From NCBI GenBank assembly GCA_050084985.1, contig JBITNC010000001.1, positions 154,008,001 through 154,072,000 of the forward strand: a DNA stretch of 64,000 nucleotides, given 5' to 3'. The stretch's first letter is position 1. Each line of letters opens with the position of its first letter. Position numbers and translations under genes: made by a program. Origin of the DNA: Nageia nagi. Taxonomy: Eukaryota; Plantae; Pinophyta. Under the pieces are notes generated by a model. It was not told the DNA's origin. It did no database searches and saw nothing but the letters and a program-made list of their open reading frames with translations. Positions 26,541 through 40,576 of this stretch are shown here, piece by piece.

Positions 26541-27801
26541 TATAGATTAATGGTAGACATTCTAAACGCTATTTTCCACCTTGAACAAATTTGCAGTGTT
26601 GTACTATAGTAGAATAGATTATTTTTGCTTTAGCATTTTCAATTTGCGGATATAATTAACTTAGGAATTTTGTACGAGCTCTTCGGGATACTTGAGCATT
26701 TAAGCTCTATGACAAACAATGGTTTGCTACCAATCGGTGAAAATCCAAAACTAAGCTACCTCATCATAAAAATAAATTTTCCATTATTAATCTTTCTTTT
26801 TCAATATATAAGAAAGTATGATGAGGAGTATTGATGTTAAATTGGGGAATGACTTTTGTTAGTACCACAAGGAAGGGCCCTCTAGGGTGACTTGACGTAA
26901 TTAAAGATCATGTTGAATGGTTGGCTTTATTGCACATTATTTGCATGTGGATTCACTACATATGCATTTTTTTGGAATGTATGCTAAATTTACATCTATG
27001 GCATGCACTAGAAACTTTATTTTAATATTTATAGGGTTCTAATATGTGTAGGGAATCACAATGGAAATATATATGGGTAGTGGAAAACTTTGACTAGAGA
27101 TAGTATCCCTATTCCCTTTTGTGAATGAAATCTTCATTTGGTTTCTTACTTTTACCACTTGTTATTATTGGGTTTTGAAGTTGCTAAAGACAATCCTATT
27201 GCTTACGTAATATAATGGAATAGGGTTGGAGTCATATGTGAGCTACTAGTGGAAACAAACATGATTGGTTTTAACTTAGGAGTAGGTTCTTTGAAGTTCA
27301 TCAAGTTTTTGGTGACCATAACACTTTCACATACTAGGAGTGGTTTAGTATGTATGCTAGTTTAATGATTGTTCCCTTAGGTTTACATTTAGTTGTTTGT
27401 CATATATGCATGTCTATCTATAATGGAGGTTAGTTTTTATTGTTTATTGACAAGTTTGAAAACTGGTCTTGTAACACTTTCATGAACTATGATACACTTG
27501 AATGCCATGTTGAATGAGATGCTCACTTGGAATGATGACATAAATGAATAAGATGGTCATTTGACAAGTAATAAGCATTTGTTTTTCAAAAATGAGGTTT
27601 TTTCATTACTAGAGGAATATACCAAAGCTAATTAACTTTTAAGATTGAGAATTATTGGGATGCACTTATCTCCTCTGATAAGTAATGATTGTGGGAAAAT
27701 AACAAGTAGAGTGTGATGAAGTTGAATCTCTGCAAAGTATTTGAAAAATGAGGATACTAATAGACATGAGGAAGGATAGTTCAAAAATAAGAAATGGAGA
27801 A

Positions 27802-28967
27802 TGTGAAGTCCCCCTTGAATTTGTAATGGGACCCATTGGGTCATCTTGTAATATAGTAGTATAGTGTGTTTTCATGTACTTCACTGTAACTTAGGAAAGG
27901 AATAATAATGGGTCCTGTGGACCCCACTGTGAGCCCCAAGTGGGACGTCTCCCTCCTGAATAGTAGTTTTGGCTTGTGAGTTGTACAGAGATCCCAAATT
28001 ATGAGAATCCTGATGTCTATGTATGTGTTTATGGATTGGGCAGACTTCAGCATGATTGCATTGCATTGGGGAGGGTCCCATGTCAGCTTAAAGGGCCTTT
28101 ATGACCCCTACATCAACTTAAAGGGCCTTTATGACCCCCACATTGGCTGGTTTGACCATCTTGACCCCAATGTTGGATTAAGAGGGACTTGGGATGATTT
28201 CGAGGTGAGCTCCGAACATAAGGAAAAGTATAAATAGACATGAGGGCCTCATTGCTAGTTAGTTGTTGATTATATTTCTTGATACCAGACCTTCAAGAAG
28301 AAAACTTAGTGGTGCTAAGCAATACATCCTAGGCACATCGTCTAGAGGGTAGGCAGGCATTGGGATCCCTGACTATCTACAAATTTGGTGAGTCACCAAG
28401 CCCATTCCAGTGGCATTCCAAGGATACACTTCTACCATTCAGTTGGTCGCTAGGTTTTGAGAAGGGCTCCTTCAATGGAGAGGAATTGAGGTCTGAGGGA
28501 GTGGATCTAATCGTATGGTTCAACAAATTGCAATGAGGATTTCTCAGTGGTTTTGCCCTAGTTGGCTCCTGTAAGGCCAATGTCTAGCTCTTGGAGAAAG
28601 GTCTTGTATTGTTGCTCATTTCCTATCACAATACAAGCTGTTAGGCATTGGATCTCAGCTTTGTGTTATTAATTCTATCCTTGTGACATCGTTGAGCATA
28701 TGGGTTTCATATTTGTATATGTGTTGTTGTTGTGGTGTTTGTTTTTGTTGGTATTCTATTGTAATCATTGTGGGTGCATGTAATTCATTAATTCATCATT
28801 GTGAGCAATTGTTGGGAGTCTAGTGTGATTGAAAGCCCTAGGAGGTTGACATCAGGCTTGTTTTGTTGTTGTGTGTCCTAGAGGGATAATGGTGTTGGAA
28901 ACCCTAGTTGGTGTGTTTGATTATTGTTTACTAATATTTGGTTTGAGGTTCATTTTGGACCATTATA
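27802..28967 (+). mobile_element. Solo LTR E (1166 bp) of the A/B/D family
   Basis: TGTGAAGTCCC...TTTTGGACCATTATA with perfect TSD GAGAA at 27797-27801 and 28968-28972. Internal motifs match the reverse complement of the A/B LTRs. 30-bp tandem duplication at ~28087-28140. Confidence 0.82.
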
Positions 28968-29574
28968 GAGAACTAGAGTTTATAACAAGGTATTGATGGA
29001 AAAAGAAACACCACCAAGAAAGTTCTTAGAAATTAAGACATTTACATCATTATTTACAAGGTTATTGTAGACACTTAAAATTGCATTTAACTATCTAAAA
29101 TGACTTTATTTAAGCAATTTACCTAATTTATGCAAGAATACCAATTTTGACCATGTTGAGCTATACTGAATCAACTTAAGAAAAGTCTCCTAATTTAATA
29201 TTGCCTTATGTGCAGATTGGTCTAGGTGCTTAGGTGAATTCAAAATTGGATATCTCAACTCTATATAAGAAAAAAGGAAAAGCTCATTTAACATAATATG
29301 GTAGGTGGCTTTGAAAATATTGTTTTGTTGGAATTGCATGATTGTACTGAACATATTTATGTTTACTGAGCTTTTTAGTCAAAGGTAGAAGCTCCTCTGG
29401 TGATATACTCCAATACTTGGTTTTAATTTATAAATTTATAGTAAAAAAGGTATTATTAGCATAGTTATTCCTGAAATTGAATTGGTTGGCATTTGGCCTC
29501 TAAAAGTATGCAAGTATAAAATGAATGCAATTGCATGTGGCACCAAGGAATAAAAAATGCTACCTTTTCTTCAG

Positions 29575-29762
29575 GTGGAGAAGAGGGAACCATAGAGTTT
29601 CTTGAGAGACAATCGACTGGCAAGCTTAGTGTGCCACTATTGAGAAACAATCAAACTAAGAAAGATGTTATTAGGCATCCTTTTCCTGTGAGTTTAATGA
29701 TTCAGCCATGGGTCCTCAGCCAAGAATTTTACAGAGCTGTAAAGTTTGGTATTGTACAATAT
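29575..29762 (+). CDS. TMEM184/DUF300 (LAZ1-like) internal exon b (188 bp)
   Basis: cag|(G)GEEGTIEFLERQ...HPFPVSLMIQPWVLSQEFYRAVKFGIVQY|gtgagt, in phase with exons a and c. Confidence 0.92.
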
Positions 29763-29869
29763 GTGAGTATACTCAATAGTTTTATGTGCTCTTTTTTTAT
29801 ACAATGACTGTATCAAAGGCCTAATGTATTCTTGGCTAACCATATATTATTTCCTCTTTTTTGGTTCAG

Positions 29870-29958
29870 ATGATTCTGAAAATGCTCTGTGCCTTTTTAG
29901 CATTGGTGTTGGAACTCTTGGGTGTCTATGGTGACGGAGAATTTAAATGGTACTATGG
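29870..29958 (+). CDS. TMEM184/DUF300 (LAZ1-like) internal exon c (89 bp)
   Basis: cag|MILKMLCAFLALVLELLGVYGDGEFKWYYG|gtatgt, with the family motif GVYG.GEF.W..G. Confidence 0.92.
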
Positions 29959-30269
29959 GTATGTCAAAACTTGCTCAACATGAGCTTTCTTCATGACTTA
30001 TAGTGGTGCATTCTTCATTTGTTATTACTATAATGTAGCATTTAACCCTTGATAATTGTGGTAACCCTTGATGCTTGTGGTAGTTCTCTTGAGTTTGTAG
30101 CCCCACCGTGATGAGTTGTTTCTGGCTATTGCTGTCACCTCTAATTTGATGGATCTATTTCGTGATACGTATTTTTTTTTTGAGATACATAATTTGACAT
30201 TATAGATTGCAGGTTTTTATTTAAATATATTTTGATGTGCTCATATTGCAGCTTATACATATTTTACTG

Positions 30270-30292
30270 NNNNNNNNNNNNNNNNNNNNNNN
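30270..30292. other. Assembly gap (23 N)
   Basis: Run of N. Confidence 1.
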
Positions 30293-30739
30293 GGCTTGAA
30301 ACTCAACATATTCACCTAATGTAAAAAATAATGCAAAAGAGATTCAACCTTCCTTAATTTTCCAAAATTACCAACATCCAACCTCCAATGGATGATTTTT
30401 TTTAGACTCATAGCAAATTGAGCCTCTTATACACCCAACATCACACTTCTAGTATCAAATTTTAGACAAAACAATAAGTTTACTCCAATTTCACCTCCTC
30501 AGAACTCCATGGTGTATATACCATCATGTAATTTAGTTAATATTAATAAATTGATACTCCTTTCCAATGACCCCCTTACTGTAACTTATAGCTCTAATTT
30601 TCCATAAAATGATGGCCAGTATGTCTAATAACCCTATAACCTTATCAATTTTTATCTTTTATGATGAAAATTAAATACTTCTTACAAGTAATTTTTCTTA
30701 TGATGTAGTCCCAATACTTAATTGGCCTCAATAAGCCAA

Positions 30740-31400
30740 TGTCCCACTTCAGGTGCTTCCAAAATGTAGTAAAAGTTTAAAAAATCCTTATAAAAACTCA
30801 ATATTTGGCCTCCAATGACTCCAAAATGTTAAGTGACTTTCAAAATCTATCTTAGACTGCCATGTTCACCTCAAAATAGCTCTAAAGTGTAGATCCAACT
30901 TCAAAAGTGCCCTTAATATACTAATGTTTAGCTCAAGGGGACCTCAAAATGTGGAAAGAGCCTCTAAAGATGCTTTAAAATACCAACATCTAGCCTAAAA
31001 TGGTCCCAAAATGTAGCAAGGTGTCTAGGAATCCCTCTAAGACTCCACTATTTAGCTTGGTATGGTCTTGGAATGTTGAATGATCCTCAAAACACTCCCA
31101 ATATAACAATGTCTACCTTAATATGGACTCAAAATGAAGTATTGACCTTCAAAAAGCACTCAAAGTACAACATCTATCTCCCAAATTATTAAAAAAATAG
31201 AATGAAGCTCAAAAATTCCCCTGGTATGCCAACATCTGACCATAAATGATAATTAAATGTAATATAGGCCTCAAAATTCTCCTAGTTGGCTAATGTCTCC
31301 CTCAAGTAGGTCCTAAAATGTAGAGCAAGCCAAAAAAATACCCTAAAAAATGCAATGTCTAACTTTAGGTGGTACCATACTACAGCTTAGCATATAAAAA
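30740..31400. repeat. Degenerate ~61-62-bp tandem repeat, about 10-11 units
   Basis: A C(C/T)AAAATGT-like core recurs at ~30759, 30821, 30882, 30943, 31006, 31068, 31128, 31191, 31251 and 31312. Confidence 0.65.
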
Positions 31401-33379
31401 TACCCTCATAAATGTAATGTCCTCCATATAATGTTGTATGAGCCTCAAAATGGCTCCTAAAAAACCAACGTTTAACTTTAGATAAGCTTAGAATCTCTAG
31501 ACAAACCCTTATTCCTTCTTCAAACTTAGAATTTTTGAGAATGAACTTCAAACTTGAAATTAAAAGTGCAAATTTTTTGAAAGTGTACCTTTTCAAGCTA
31601 GACGAACCTCCTTAATACCTTAAAATTTGAACAACTCCTCTTCTTCAATAGGATAACAATATTTCTCAACAACTACCACTATGAGCACTATGATCTAGTA
31701 AAAATATCATAATGAATATCCTTCAATTTCTCCAACTCCTTAAGTAGCAACTCCTCAACTCTTACCTAGCAACAAGGGCAAGATCTCTAACTTCTCTCAG
31801 TAAATCTTCCATGTGTGATACCACTATGATGTGGGTATACTAAATCTTCAAACTCTCTTCAGTTCCAACTCAAGACCCTCTATAAATGATGCCCTTGATT
31901 ATATCAAGATGGTAGAATCAAGGCTTTTATACCACTATGATGAGTTGTTCTAGGGCTCACTCCTCAAACATGTCCTAGAAGAGGTACATTTGACTTCTAG
32001 CTCTGAAATTGCTTTAAACAAGCTCAATCATGCATAAAATATCCAACGACTTGCTAAGAAAGGAAAATATGATATCGAACTTGCAAAAATACCTCCAAAA
32101 TACAACGTCTAATTATGATGAGCAATTATGAAATTAATGTAAGCAAATACCTCCAAAATTCTAACAACTTGATCAAGGAGAAAAAATAATAAGTAAACAA
32201 CACAAACTTCACTCTAGATCCAACATCACACTTAAAGAGCAAAATAGAGACTCTAGCAATGAAAAATTACTCCACAAACTCAATGTCCAAGGATAGTAGG
32301 ATATATAGTAAGATTTTGATAATAGAATGTAATTATATTGATAAATAAATGGTAGAAGAGCAATTATAATATTCTTATCAACCTAAGGAGCCTGTACCAA
32401 GACTATCTCCAATAGGGTTATGTTGGATGGCTCCAAGGCCTCACCAATCCCAAAAGCAATGAGGTGTATACCAAGTCTCCTCTATAGCAGCTGTGATGGA
32501 ACCAGCAATGTTCCTCTCAAGATGGCTAGAGTAAGTTTAAGAGTAGCCTCCTATCTCCTCAATACCTCAAATGCAAGTTTCCCTATAAGTGTCAAAGAAA
32601 GAGTTCTCATACTCAATCCAAAAAAGGGGGTTTAATATCAAAATCAACGTATCTCATAGTGACTATGAGTCCTTTTATACGCAAGGGTGATCATCTTCTA
32701 ATCTTGCATTGAGATGATCCAACAGTGGGGAGATATGATTCATGTCCTTCTATGTGCAACATCCAAGACGAGGAGCCTTGGGATGAATGAAATCACATCT
32801 AAGAGCCAAAAATGTCAATTTCCAAAAGAGGGTGATACCAAGGTTCGGTCAGAGTTCCAATGCCCAAGAGGGATGATTTAGAATCTTGGGATGTCCAATT
32901 CTCCAATGTGGGGGTGATATGAGCTCTAGATGCCAAATAGCCAAGTATGAGAGTCTTCCAATACCTTGGGATACAGTATTCCTCTTTTGTAGTGCCATGT
33001 CCATCCTTGGAGCTTCAAATATCCTCGTATTCAATGCAATCACATAGGGGATGCTCTATCTCAAAGAGGGGAGCACTAACGACTAGAGATACATTTAATG
33101 CCAATATTGTAATCATCAAGGTTAAAATATGCAATGCCTCTTTTAATGAGACTAATATTGCATGTACAACTATAATTGCATTGGTATTATAAATAAAACA
33201 TTATTGGCATTTTAATAATTAAACTAAACATAAATAAATAAATTAAAAGGTCATTTATTCCATAATTAGAGCTTTGTTAAGTCTCTAAGTGGAATTTACA
33301 TCATTTTGATCATTTATACCATAAGATATAATGTACCCATTTTTTTAGGTGGAATTTACATAATTAGAGCTTTTCTATA

Positions 33380-34453
33380 TTGTGTTTATTTTATAGATGA
33401 TATTTTAGAGAGCCTTCATGTGATCTTGGGTAATTAGGAATTTAATCTTGGTAGGCTAGTTCTTATGCTCTATTTTTTTATGTTGATCAACACATATTTT
33501 TTATATGACAGGTGACTATGAGTATTGGCTTGTCGTTTAAGTATGGCGTTAATTGATTCATTTATCTTATGTTGATATGAATATTTATATGATGCATCTA
33601 ACTGATCCTGTTAATGAGTTTCTTGTATCTTGTAGGTTTCTTCTTAAGTGTGCAGGTTACCTGCTTGGAGTACGCTCATGGAGGATCATCAACAGTGAAA
33701 CAAGTTATGGTTAATAATTGTATTGTAAACCATTTTTTCAAATGGTGAAGTAGTGAGTCTCAATATAAGATCTTGCTTATTTCTCAAAGATGTAAATTTT
33801 TATATCTTTGATTGTATCTCTATGGAGGAAAACTCTCTCCTACCCTCTCTTTCTTCTCCCTTTCATAACTCTACCCTAATATTGCATTAAGGGGAGTGTT
33901 GGAATGTGTAATGCATTATTGTAAGGTCTCTTAAATGTAATTCACATAATACTTAAGGGTATCCTTAAATACCTTAAATATTTAGTGAATATGATAATGT
34001 AAATTCACTAATACTTAAAAGTATCCCTAAATACCTTTTAAGTATTTATGAATATGATAATGTAACTTTTCCTATACTCCATATTATAAACATGCCCCTT
34101 GGGTAAAATGGTGATGCATGTCATGACATTGTACAATCATTAATAGGGTGATCTAAGGGAAGATTTTGGCCTATAAATAGAAGACCCTCTCCTTGAGATT
34201 ACTCAAGTTTGTAGCAAAGTTATACTCTTGTTTAGGTTATAGGAGAAGTAAGAAATAGTTGTTGTAAGAGAGTACTCTATCATAATAAGATCTTAGATTA
34301 GTGGATGTACTTCCATGATTGGAGGAACCACTTTATGTTAGTATCATCTTGTGTAAATGGCTATTTTGTGTTTATGTTATGGATGATGTTTTAGAGAGCC
34401 TTCATGTGATCTTGGGTAATTAGAAACTTAATCTTGGTAGCCTAGTTCTTTCA
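33380..34453 (+). mobile_element. Small copia-type LTR element remnant: partial 5' LTR, ~430-bp non-coding interior, PPT and 557-bp 3' LTR (33897-34453)
   Basis: A ~70-bp direct repeat (GATGAT.TTTTAGAGAGCCTTCATGTGATCTTGGGTAATTAG...) at ~33397 and ~34382. PPT TTAAGGGGAG directly precedes TGTTGG at 33897. LTR ends TTTCA at 34453. Confidence 0.6.
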
Positions 34454-37400
34454 ATATCCATCGTCTTCAATTTCCTTATGATCCACCCATGATGCAATGT
34501 TGTTACAACCACCCAGAACACCTTGAGTGGCCACTGGTTTAGTCTCTTTACATGGAGTTGATTCTTCAACCATTGGGATGAAGTCTTCATCCTTACCATC
34601 ATTAGGGTCATATTCCTCTACCCTTTCCTTATCATTTCCCTTAGAGTTTGGATAATCAATCCCCAAAGATGATTCTCAATCAGCTTTGACCTCTCCATTA
34701 CCAAATGGTTGAATAGTGCACACAATAAACATTGATGGCGAGGACCTACTATCTTACCTTCTTTAACCTCCAAAATGGATTTTTTAAAGAGATTTGAATA
34801 GATTAAGTAGGATATTCATCGATTTAGCCCATTTGAACACATTTAAGAGATCAAAATGAAAATTATAAAATATGGAAGCATGGCTATACAATGTTAGATA
34901 TTGCATTATTACCATGACTACCCCCTTCCATTTTTAGGGGAGGGATTCTTTATTAATACCCCATTGTATCTTCTACAAATTATCATTATTTTCCTTGAAA
35001 AGTTAAAGCTTGATAGCCAATGAATGCTTCTCCCTAATCTACTTTTCCCCTTCAAAGGGAAACTAATCACCTTAGCTATAAACTTTGAGTTGCTAGTGAA
35101 ACATACTCCATCATCTTCCACCTCTCCATACCCCCAAGAGCAAGCCAAGGTAACCAACAAATTCTCATCCTCCTACTAGAAGAGATCTAGAAAGAGAATC
35201 CATCCAAGCTTCTCCAATATAAGCCTCATAACCTTGTCCACTTGCAACATCATAGGCTCTAGGAAATAAGATACATCTTCCATTTCGATCATTTTTAATA
35301 GATATAGTCGATTTGCATGGCATACCAAGGAGATGCAATGGTGATAAATAGGATCTATAAGGTGGCCCCAAAAATCACCCATCCAATCTTGAAAATAACT
35401 CTAAGATATCCTCCCACATGCAAAATAACCATTTCCACTCCTAATTATTAAATAAAGTGATGTTAAAATTCTTTCCAATAATTCCAATGATGTTCCTGAG
35501 ATTACCACATCATATGAGGTACATGATCCCTAAGAGACATAGAATAATGATCAACCAACCCAATCAACCAAGGCCATATATTACTTGATGCAAAAGTCAG
35601 CCACCATACCATATCATCATATCTAGAAGCTTCATTGTTCTTTGTATTGAACCACCTCAGCTAAAGGAATAAATCTCTAGGCTACCAACACTTAGGATCC
35701 ATCTTTGGCTATTATCATTATCTTTTTTTTCATTTCTAATATTATTTTAGGATTATTTTGAAACTCCTCTTTCTGAGAAATATTATCAAGGGGAGTTCTT
35801 TTATAATATTATTTTGAAATAAATATTATTACATATGAGGTTGTCTTACTATCTTTCAGTGGGTATCCTTCATCTTTATTTAGTCTCTCAAAGGAGTTGT
35901 TCAAAGTAGTGATACTTAAAGGTAATACATAATTTTGATTTGTTGGGATTACTTGGGTTATAATCAAATTTTCAAAATCCCTTACATTAGTTAGAGGTGT
36001 AAAATCCTTTTCTATAATAATATTTGAGGCTATAAGATTGACTTTATCATATAATGGATCTAAGGTTGAAGTTCTTGTAGGGTATTACTTATCTTTGATG
36101 GATCCTCTTATATGTATTACTCATTTCCATCCAATTACCTTAAAGGTTCTGGTTCTTCTAAAGGACCAAATTCCTCTATCTAGATCCTTGTCTTTAGCCA
36201 AACCTTTCTAGGATCATGTTCATTTTAGGCCTCCATGCCTTCATTAAGAGGGAATTTATGATTACCTCAAAGGAAACCATGAAGAATTTGAATTCGTATT
36301 CAATTACTTATTTCTAGGTTCCCATATTTGAAACCAGGCCTATAGAGTACAAGGGTTCCTTTTCTAAATCCATGGTTACATAAAGCCTAGCATATACAAT
36401 TTGTGTTTTAGAACTGATTACTAAATCTATCATAATTGGGTCCTCCATGAATCAACCAATCCCTAACATGGTATCCTTATGCCAATACTAGAAAGGTAGG
36501 CCTAGAAGGCAAATCGAAACCAATAATAAACCCTAGGTATTTGGGTTAAAGTTTGCCCTTTATTTTCTCAATAAGAGGCATTACTTGCCACAAAATGGAC
36601 CCTTAACCAAGATCATCATTAAATATGCTTCTAGGTGGAGTTTAACCATAAAGAAGTATTTTTGAAATTGCTACAATTTCCATGTGGCCTAGGGGATCCC
36701 ATTTTGCTATTGCCCATTTCCAAATAGTATCAATGTATGGTTGAGGTCCAAAGAACTTACCAACCAAATTATTGTCTCTAAGCAACTATTATCTAAAGGA
36801 TTTCCTTAAGGATACAAATATTTTCTTATTTTTGACAAGAGGTTGAAAGGGAAAGGTGATTCCCTAAATCTAGTGCTTCCATTTTATATGATATTTGTCC
36901 ACAACCTCATAGGCTATTATTTCTATCCTAAAAGATGTGCTATAACCTTTCTTTTAAGGGCTCTAGGGCTTGTTCCCTTTATAATTCCTATAAATTGTTG
37001 TGAAGGATTATGAGAGGAACCCTCTCCCAAATGCATTGCTACATATATTTATTTTCTACATGGTTTGTAGGGTTTCACCACAAGAGCTAACAAGATGCAA
37101 ACACTACACCTCTCAAAGGGTTAAATAATCTTGCCCTTAGAACATAGACCCATAATGACTTCAGGTCACCCAAAAAGCTTGAATATCTCTCCTTCACTTC
37201 AAATAGTGATGTATTTCATCTCCACCTTGGTTCCTTCATCCTTGCACAAAACATCTTCTACTGCCCCAACTTTGAACTCATCTTATTATGCATTAAAGTT
37301 TTTTCCTATAGAGATTTTTCCTCCTTCTACTACCCTTCAATAATGAGCAAAGTCATTCTCAAAGTCAACCTCATTCATGGAATCATCTACAAGTAGCCAT

Positions 37401-37900
37401 TTCTTCTCATTGATTGCTTCATTTTCATATTCTTCGATACTTTTATCTTTGTTTTCATATATTCTACATAAATCTAAGTTCTCTCCTTGCTATAAGTTTC
37501 CCTCCCCATCTCCTCCACTCGAGTCTTCATTCTCCTTTTATAGTCCATCATCCCATGCATTAATTTCTCCTCCTTCCTCCTTGGTCATTGATCCAATAGA
37601 GCATCCATTACCTGATCTATTTAAACCCTTACCCATCAATTCTTTACCATCACTATCAATACATTATATTTATCTCCTTGCTCTCACGGGCTTGTTGTAA
37701 ACCTTCATGTTTCTCACCTTGCTTTCCCTCATTGTGTCTTTTCTTTTCTTAATTAATTCATCCTCCTTATGCTCTATTTGGTCAAATATTTATTCTTCCT
37801 CTAGCATATTAAATATTTTCTTATTCTTCGTATGTTACTTTAAGAATGATAACTTCTTTTCATCAAAGAATAAGCATAACTTATTACCAAACTAAATAAG
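34454..37900 (-). mobile_element. Highly decayed retroelement-like sequence
   Basis: Minus-strand acidic fragments (EEYDPNDGKDEDFI) and an E/K-rich stretch at 37300-37900 resemble retroelement accessory/gag ORFs. No diagnostic motif could be read. Confidence 0.3.
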
Positions 37901-40576
37901 TTTCTCCATGATAGTAATAAGAAATTTCATAAGAAGTTATCTTTTATAAAATATATACCTCACTTTTATATTAACAATCAATCAAAACATATAAAATTCG
38001 AGGAGAAATATTTCCTTGTGATCCAATCCAATGAACAAGTCAAAATAGGGTGGGTAGAAATAGATAGGAATTCATTATCTAGATGAATCAACTCATGATT
38101 GGGTAAATTATTAAATAATAGGGAATGAAAGTTCTATTATTATTAATTGATAGATTGTCTTCCATGAGCCAATCCTATTATGGAATTAAATCGATGACCT
38201 TTATACTAAGGTATTTTTAATCTCAAATCAAGGACCCCTAATATTATTAATTGAGGATTTTATGATATCATATTTTAATTATGCTTTAGAATCCCCTACT
38301 ATTATAATAAGGGCATTTCTTTTTTCATTATGAAATTCAGTTGTAATTAGTTTGAGAAAGCAAGCCTACTTACCTTTAATATAGGGGTGAGCTTTCCATT
38401 AGCGTGTAGATAGTCTTTATGTAGCTTAGCAATGCATGATTATCTTGTTACACATGCAATAACAAACTACCCTCTTCCTATATAAGTTATGAACTCCTTA
38501 TTTATTTGGTCTAATGGATATCTCTTCCAAATTATCTCTTTCCCTTAATAATAACATGCATTGAAGACTTGTTGTTCCTCTACTATACTATAGGAAATTC
38601 TAAGAAAATATTTTTTTTTAACCTTATTAAAAAGATAAATCATTTTAATTACCCCATCCAAATGGGGATAAAAAATAGGGAAATATACGATATGATCAAA
38701 ACTAGTTGTTCCATGATTGCATACATAAAAACTTTAGGCAACGTCCTTAGGATTTAACCATTCAATGGGAAACTATTCTACTTGATCCAAAAATAATACT
38801 TACAACAATTGTATGAATTTTCACCCTTCAAAAACCTACTATTATAATAAGGGGTAGGTGGCTATTACTAATAGGGTATACACAATTCTCATATCTTAAA
38901 CTAGGTATGCGTAGGAATAACTATACATGTACTATTTGATGTTAGGTTCGTAAATAATAATATGTTGGTTGAATGAGAATAGATACCCTTAAACAATCCA
39001 ACCCTAGCATTATTATTTATCACATTATCCCCATATTATTATGTAAATCAAGAATAAGTGAGACTTCCAACTCCATGAAGTAATATATGCATTTATACAA
39101 GAGCTTAGAGTCTTATAGATATTCCAGAATAATTATATAATATGGTCTATTTAGTGATTTGTATGAAACCTGTGATTAGGTGGATCTATAGAAAATACAT
39201 GACTTAGCTACTTGAAATATTTTTTTGAGTTTCAATTCAACTTTTCTTTTAAATTAGTGGGTGGCAAGTCAATTTTGAGGATAACAATTAAAGACCTAAC
39301 CACGAGGTTAAGGTTGGTATTGGAGAAACCTTGAGATTGGTATCCTTTAATTAACAATAGGTGTTTTAGTAGTAATAGGGGTATTGAGTGCCCACTTATT
39401 GGTTAAGGTAACCATCTATCTTTTTCATCATCATAATGATACAAATAATCCCCTATTTTGATTTAGAAAAAGGGAATAGGTAGATAGGTATTTATTCATA
39501 CAGAGCTCAAGAGAGCTCTTCTTTGATTTATTATTATTATTTAAGCTTGTTAGTTTCCTAATTTCTTGTGTTCTAAATCACTTTACTCCAAACATGTCTA
39601 GAGTCAAATGTGTCAATCATTAATGAATGAAACAAAGGTATTAGATCAGAAGTAATCTTCCTATATTGACAACCATTTAATTTTCTTGCCCCCTTCCATA
39701 CATCATTTATTGTATTTGCATATTTTTTCATTTATGTTTTTTTTTTTAAATTTGTACCTAAATACACTATCATGTTGTAGAATGTGTTTTGCATTTCTAA
39801 TGATTATGTCTTTACTCTAATCTTGATAATGCATTTTCTAAGGTTTCCACTTTATGTTGCACTTCTTCGCAAGTTCTACACTTCTATCGTCAGTGTGTGA
39901 AGGATAAAAAAAAATTATTATATATATTTATGTGTGTTGTGTATATTTCTAGATTGTTCTATTATGCTATTATTGAACCCTAAAAAGAACTTTGATACCA
40001 TTTGCAAAGACTTTTGTTTATAGATTAATCCAAATGCAATACAAATGAAAATACTTAATAAGTAAATTAAATATATCTAAGAATACATCGCATAAATTTT
40101 TTGACATAGTCGATGACCTTAATCCACATGTCATCCCCTGACCCATATACCATCAAATTCTACAAAATTTAAGATTTTGAACATGTATATCATTGATGTG
40201 GATTGACCACTAACCACAAATAAATAGAAATGACGATCTCACGATCAAAACTTAACTATATAACCTATGCATATATCAAAATCTTATCACTTGCATATCA
40301 CTCACCTTTTTTCGCTTCATTTTATTATAAATCTTGTGCATATATTAACATAAAACCTGTGCCTATATCAAAATATGATCATAAAACTGGAACGTAAATC
40401 AAAATACGATCATAAAGCCAACGTTGTTTTCGTATTTTGAGGATTTAAATTTTTTCATGTTTTTTCATATATGCAAAGGTTTTATTGACTTACGCACAAA
40501 CTTTATTAATATACACACAATATCTGCTTGGCAATAACTTCTGCCTGAAAGAGCAGAGAGAATTTGATGCAGGCAT

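Noticed and set aside
37131-37895. S/F/L-rich + strand ORFs as membrane proteins
   Set aside because: They are the low-complexity antisense of a purine-rich decayed retroelement strand.
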